From the sequence record JPID01000014.1: a DNA stretch of 32,000 nt; one strand, given 5' to 3'. A program made the position numbers and the translations under genes. The notes beneath the pieces were generated by a model. The model ran no database searches. It was not told the origin of the DNA and worked only from the letters and a program-made list of their open reading frames with translations. Shown in pieces: positions 28,205-32,000 of the stretch (its first letter is position 1; every line of letters begins with the position of its first letter).

Positions 28205-30199
28205 TTAGAGCACCGGTGAAACCAGTCCAGACACCAGAAGAACACCTACAAGACGAGCATCCATAGAAAGAGATGACATACTTGCCAGTGCAACACAGAC
28301 CGTAACACCAAACAGCATCACAAGTGCATAGTGATACATATAACCAGACTGTAGTTGACGAAGACGTTGTGCAAGCGCAAGACTACACTGCGAAAGACCT
28401 TGTGGCCCCATCATTTCTAAAAGACCACGATCGAGTGCACGAAAACTCGTGCGATATCCCCATACCATTGCCGGACGACCCACATATGCATTATAGACCA
28501 CATCTACAAACCAACGACGATTACAAAAACGCATCACCGAACGATACCAGGGATGTGTGTGTAGAGACTCTACCCATGCCGGAGAAACCATACATGTGAT
28601 ATACGCTACACCAAGACCTGCCAATGTACCAAAGACTGGAACAAGACGAATCCATTGATCGAGATATTCTGATTCCACCATAGAGTCATGATATGGTGAT
28701 GTATAGACAGCATTGCCCCAAAAATCTGTTCCAAGACCAATAAACATATCTCGAGAAAGATATCCCACAAAAATACTTCCTACAGCTAAGATATATAAAG
28801 GTACAGCCATAGCAACTGGCGCTTCATGAACATGAGACATGGATACACGACTCGCACGTGGTGGTACAAGAAATACTAAAAAAAGAAGTCGAAAACTATA
28901 GTAACTTGTTAGAAATACCACCAATGTAGTAATACACCATGCAAAATTTCCCATGGATGTATATTGTCCACCAGAAATTTCTAGGATAACATCTTTACTA
29001 TAAAAACCTGTAAGGTATGGCCATCCAACAAGTGCTAATGTACCAATCAATGTCATAGCATAGGATAAGGGGACTAGTCGTACAAGACCTCCCATACGTC
29101 GCATATCCTGTTCATCTCCGAGTGCATGAATAACACTTCCAGCACTTAAAAAGAGAAGTGCTTTAAAAAAAGCATGATTGGCTAAATGATAGACACCAAG
29201 GGCATATTGAGACATACCACATGCTACCATCATATATCCCAATTGACTGGCTGTAGAATAGGCAATAACACGCTTCATATCATGTTGAAATGCTCCGGTT
29301 GTTGCCGCAAAAAGACATGTCATAGCACCAATAATCGTAACACATGCAAGTGCTGTTGGAGATGATTCATAGAGTGGACTGAGACGAGCCAATAAAAAAA
29401 CACCAGCTGTAACCATGGTGGCAGCGTGAATTAACGCAGACACGGGTGTTGGACCCTCCATAGCATCAGGAAGCCATGTATGAAGTCCCATTTGAGCAGA
29501 TTTTCCCATAGCACCAATAAATAAAAGGATACAGGCTAAATCATTCCAATTCACTGGAATACCCCACATCATAAAGGTATGTTGATAACAGTGGGGTGCA
29601 CATGCAAATACAGTAGCAAAATCCACACTTTGATACTGCATATAGACAGCAAAGGTTCCCAGTGCTAGACCAACATCACCGATACGATTCATGACCATGG
29701 CCTTAATACTGGCCTTATTGGCAGCAACGCGTGTAAACCAAAAATTAATCAAAAGATAACTGGCAAGACCAACACCCTCCCAACCAAAAAAAAGTTGTAC
29801 AAAATTATCAGCTGTTACCAACATCACCATGAAAAAGGTAAAAATAGATAAATAACTCATAAATCGTGGAATATGAGGATCTGCACTCATATATCCTGTG
29901 GAATAAAGATGTACTAAACTACTGACACCGGTAATAACAACCAACATCACACATGTCAGTGTATCAAAATAAAAACCCCATCGAGCCTGAAATAAATCGG
30001 ACACAAACCATGGACTCAGAGCAATACTACATGGACTTGCCTGAAATCCCACTTCATACAAGGCCATCATAGAGAGACATGCGGTGATTGCCACACTTCC
30101 TGTGGTAATCAGTGCAGCTCCACGATGTCCAAGATATCGACCACCAAATCCTGCAGTCAAACTTGCCATAAGTGGCAGGGTGATAATCAGCAGATACAT
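28205..30199 (-). CDS. nad5: NADH dehydrogenase subunit 5
   Basis: Conserved FFGWEGVGLASYLLINFWFTR, and HTWLPDAMEGPTPVSALIHAATMVTAGVFL. The start is placed at the ATG at 30199 (MYLLIITLPL, 664 aa). The 17-codon upstream extension in the ORF track overlaps trnR(UCU). Confidence 0.96.
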   Translation of the reverse strand: MYLLIITLPLMASLTAGFGGRYLGHRGAALITTGSVAITACLSMMALYEVGFQASPCSIALSPWFVSDLFQARWGFYFDTLTCVMLVVITGVSSLVHLYSTGYMSADPHIPRFMSYLSIFTFFMVMLVTADNFVQLFFGWEGVGLASYLLINFWFTRVAANKASIKAMVMNRIGDVGLALGTFAVYMQYQSVDFATVFACAPHCYQHTFMMWGIPVNWNDLACILLFIGAMGKSAQMGLHTWLPDAMEGPTPVSALIHAATMVTAGVFLLARLSPLYESSPTALACVTIIGAMTCLFAATTGAFQHDMKRVIAYSTASQLGYMMVACGMSQYALGVYHLANHAFFKALLFLSAGSVIHALGDEQDMRRMGGLVRLVPLSYAMTLIGTLALVGWPYLTGFYSKDVILEISGGQYTSMGNFAWCITTLVVFLTSYYSFRLLFLVFLVPPRASRVSMSHVHEAPVAMAVPLYILAVGSIFVGYLSRDMFIGLGTDFWGNAVYTSPYHDSMVESEYLDQWIRLVPVFGTLAGLGVAYITCMVSPAWVESLHTHPWYRSVMRFCNRRWFVDVVYNAYVGRPAMVWGYRTSFRALDRGLLEMMGPQGLSQCSLALAQRLRQLQSGYMYHYALVMLFGVTVCVALASMSSLSMDARLVGVLLVSGLVSPVL

Positions 30200-30245
30200 T
30201 ATTACTATTATGGTTTTTACACACCTGTACACGCATTGTCTACTA

Positions 30246-30319
30246 TACACTCTGCAGGATTTGAACCTGCGACCCTCAACTTAGAAGGTTGGCGCTCTAG
30301 CCATCTGAGCTAAGAGTGC
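30246..30319 (-). tRNA. trnR: tRNA-Arg(UCU)
   Basis: Acceptor GCACTCT/AGAGTGT (G1:U72), anticodon loop CTTCTAA, T arm GCAGG-TTCAAAT-CCTGC. Confidence 0.84.
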
Positions 30320-30333
30320 TCGACATATTCACG

Positions 30334-30416
30334 TGCTCACTACCGGACTTGAACCGGTATCCCATATGGGAACAGATTTTAAGTCTGTCGTGTATAGCCA
30401 ATTCCACCAAGTGAGC
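30334..30416 (-). tRNA. trnL: tRNA-Leu(UAA), long variable arm
   Basis: Acceptor GCTCACT/AGTGAGC, anticodon arm ACAGA-CTTAAAA-TCTGT, T arm ACCGG-TTCAAGT-CCGGT. Confidence 0.87.
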
Positions 30417-30434
30417 AAACACATGAGTAGACGT

Positions 30435-30980
30435 CTAGTCTGAAAGTGCCTCGAGAGCTCTGTGAATCACGTCAGAAGATACGCCAGAATCATAGAGACC
30501 ATGTTCTAACATCACCAGAGCTGGAATTCCCATAGCAACCTGTTGAACCATGCGAGATGTTTGTCCAGCTGACATATGATGCATATAGGCACATCGTTGA
30601 TGAATACCACGACATACATCTTGGCGAACCATATCTGTACATGCTTGAGCATAGCCAGCGACATGATGTTGTACTGTATGCCCTAATGTGGCCATAGATG
30701 CTCCTACATGTGTGGTTGATGTATGCACATGTACCAGAGATTGAAGTGCTTGTTCACGTGTCACAAGGGACTGTTCCATTTCTTGAGCAATATCGTGTCC
30801 ACGACTATCCATACTAGCACCAATACTGTCACCAGCATAGGTATACACAAGATAGACAAATAGAAAAAAACTCAGAGCTACAAGAGTTTCTTCATTATAG
30901 ATTAAAATATGTTTACTGCTACAGACACACCATAGCAAAAATGCTGCTACATACCAGCGTACATCACGAGTGCGAACCAT
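30435..30980 (-). CDS. atp4: ATP synthase F0 subunit b (atp4/ymf39)
   Basis: HILIYNEETLVALSFFLFVYLVYTYAGDSIGASMDSRGHDIAQEM matches the conserved ILxxNEExLVALxFxxF...GxxI...LDxRxxxI block of mitochondrial atp4. The ORF-track start at 30998 is a TTG. The first ATG is at 30980. Confidence 0.8.
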   Translation of the reverse strand: MVRTRDVRWYVAAFLLWCVCSSKHILIYNEETLVALSFFLFVYLVYTYAGDSIGASMDSRGHDIAQEMEQSLVTREQALQSLVHVHTSTTHVGASMATLGHTVQHHVAGYAQACTDMVRQDVCRGIHQRCAYMHHMSAGQTSRMVQQVAMGIPALVMLEHGLYDSGVSSDVIHRALEALSD

Positions 30981-31000
30981 GTATATTACGTTTTCCAATG

Positions 31001-31459
31001 TTATCCACGAGTCTCACGAATAGCGCGTACCATATACGCTACACGTAGGGACAGAGGAGCTTGTGTGAGAGCATGATAATAGGCACATTCTTGGCTAACT
31101 ACCTGTTGTGCCATGTGTCGCATATATGCAGCATCGGCACTACCATAGTGATGCGTCATAATATCACGACATGTAGCATGAGTCCATGTTTGTGCTTGGG
31201 TTTGAGCAGTGTGCATGGCACTACGAGCTTCGTGATGAGCTTGGCTTAATACACCATGAACACTATGCTCTACATGCTGTACTTCTTCACTGGAGTCGCC
31301 AGCGTGGTGCTGCATATGGTGAATACGTGCTTGACGATACGCCATAATACGACTTACACGAGGTAACCAATACTTTGTTGCACCGTAGTAAAGACCACCA
31401 TAAAACACACATAGCCAAAAATATTGTGAAAGATAGGTCACATGATCAAGTTGTGGCAT
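31001..31459 (-). CDS. atp8: ATP synthase F0 subunit 8 (atp8/ymf19)
   Basis: N-terminal MPQLDHVTYLSQYFWLCVFY is the atp8 signature MPQLDxxxxxxQxFW. The C-terminal part is divergent and His-rich. Confidence 0.85.
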   Translation of the reverse strand: MPQLDHVTYLSQYFWLCVFYGGLYYGATKYWLPRVSRIMAYRQARIHHMQHHAGDSSEEVQHVEHSVHGVLSQAHHEARSAMHTAQTQAQTWTHATCRDIMTHHYGSADAAYMRHMAQQVVSQECAYYHALTQAPLSLRVAYMVRAIRETRG

Positions 31460-31516
31460 AAATATCTCGATTTTATCAGTCTATATCCATATATATTTCT
31501 ATAGATATAGAATCTC

Positions 31517-31599
31517 TGGGAGAGGCAGGATTCGAACCTGCGTAGACTACCGTCAACGGAGTTACAGTCCGTCGCCTTTAGCCACTCAGCCACTCTCCC
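31517..31599 (-). tRNA. trnY: tRNA-Tyr(GUA), long variable arm
   Basis: Acceptor GGGAGAG/CTCTCCC, anticodon arm ACGGA-CTGTAAC-TCCGT, T arm GCAGG-TTCGAAT-CCTGC. Confidence 0.87.
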
Positions 31600-31663
31600 A
31601 GCACATATAGAATGCACACATCCACATGCACATCTATATAAAATACACAGAGATCTGTATGTT

Positions 31664-31673
31664 ATATAGAGAC
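31664..31673 (+). promoter_or_regulatory. promoter-like motif atatagagac upstream of trnI-cox2
   Basis: Same YATAGAGA(C/A) motif, in a divergent spacer and oriented towards the + block. Confidence 0.28.
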
Positions 31674-31724
31674 AGCTCCACACTGCTGTACGTATCTCAT
31701 AGACCTCTATACGACACATATGTG

Positions 31725-31798
31725 GAGCAAGTAACTCAGTTGGTTAGAGTACACGCTTGATAAGCGTGATGTCGGGGGTTCAAGTCCCTTCTTGCTCA
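31725..31798 (+). tRNA. trnI: tRNA-Ile(GAU)
   Basis: Acceptor GAGCAAG/CTTGCTC, anticodon arm CACGC-TTGATAA-GCGTG, T loop TTCAAGT. Confidence 0.88.
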
Positions 31799-31879
31799 AA
31801 TATTGTTGATGCTAGTCGTGATATATATATGTATATGGTATCGATATGCTATGTATATCAAAAAATATCCCAATTCTGT

Positions 31880-32000
31880 ATGGCTCTAAAAATGTTTGTA
31901 CTGGGTCTCTGTATGCCGGTGTATGCACGTATGGATGCGCCTGAACCATGGCAAATGGGTTTTCAAGACCCTGCTACACCCATTGCCCAAGGTATTATGG
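31880..32000 (+). CDS. cox2: cytochrome c oxidase subunit 2, 5' part (continues beyond the window)
   Basis: From the ATG at 31880: MALKMFVLGLCMPVYARMDAPEPWQMGFQDPATPIAQGIM. DAPEPWQxGFQDPATP is the conserved cox2 N-terminal block. Confidence 0.9.
   Translation, partial: MALKMFVLGLCMPVYARMDAPEPWQMGFQDPATPIAQGIM

Overview
The window is a gene-dense stretch of a mitochondrial genome. Its gene content is the ancestral, green-alga or plant-like type, and I cannot name the species. It uses the standard genetic code: trnW has a CCA anticodon, TGA serves as a stop, and no conserved gene has an in-frame stop.

I can support the following:
- 28 conserved protein genes: nad1/3/4/4L/5/6/9, cob, cox1, the 5' end of cox2, atp1/4/6/8/9, tatC (mttB), rps2/3/4/11/12/13/14/19, rpl5/6/16 and a probable rpl10.
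- Three rRNA genes: rns, rnl and a 5S gene that is invisible in the ORF track.
- 24 tRNA genes.
- Three group I introns in rnl, each with a LAGLIDADG homing-endonuclease ORF.
- Four short tandem-repeat arrays and several perfect hairpins or palindromes at gene boundaries.

Genes lie in alternating same-strand blocks. I found no defence system, CRISPR array or foreign gene cassette.

The observations most worth a second look are:
1. A strong purine/pyrimidine alternation bias in spacers and fast-evolving genes. It appears to push their proteins towards Tyr/His/Cys/Met/Thr/Val/Arg.
2. A dispersed spacer motif, YATAGAGA(C/A), resembling the plant mitochondrial promoter core. It is mostly oriented towards the heads of gene blocks.
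3. A 141-bp codon-registered antisense overlap of the 3' ends of nad1 and nad9.
4. Very divergent tatC and rpl10-like ORFs.
5. An intron endonuclease ORF whose first catalytic motif precedes any ATG and whose stop codon lies in the downstream rRNA exon.

All calls come from reading the sequence and from remembered family motifs. No searches were run.
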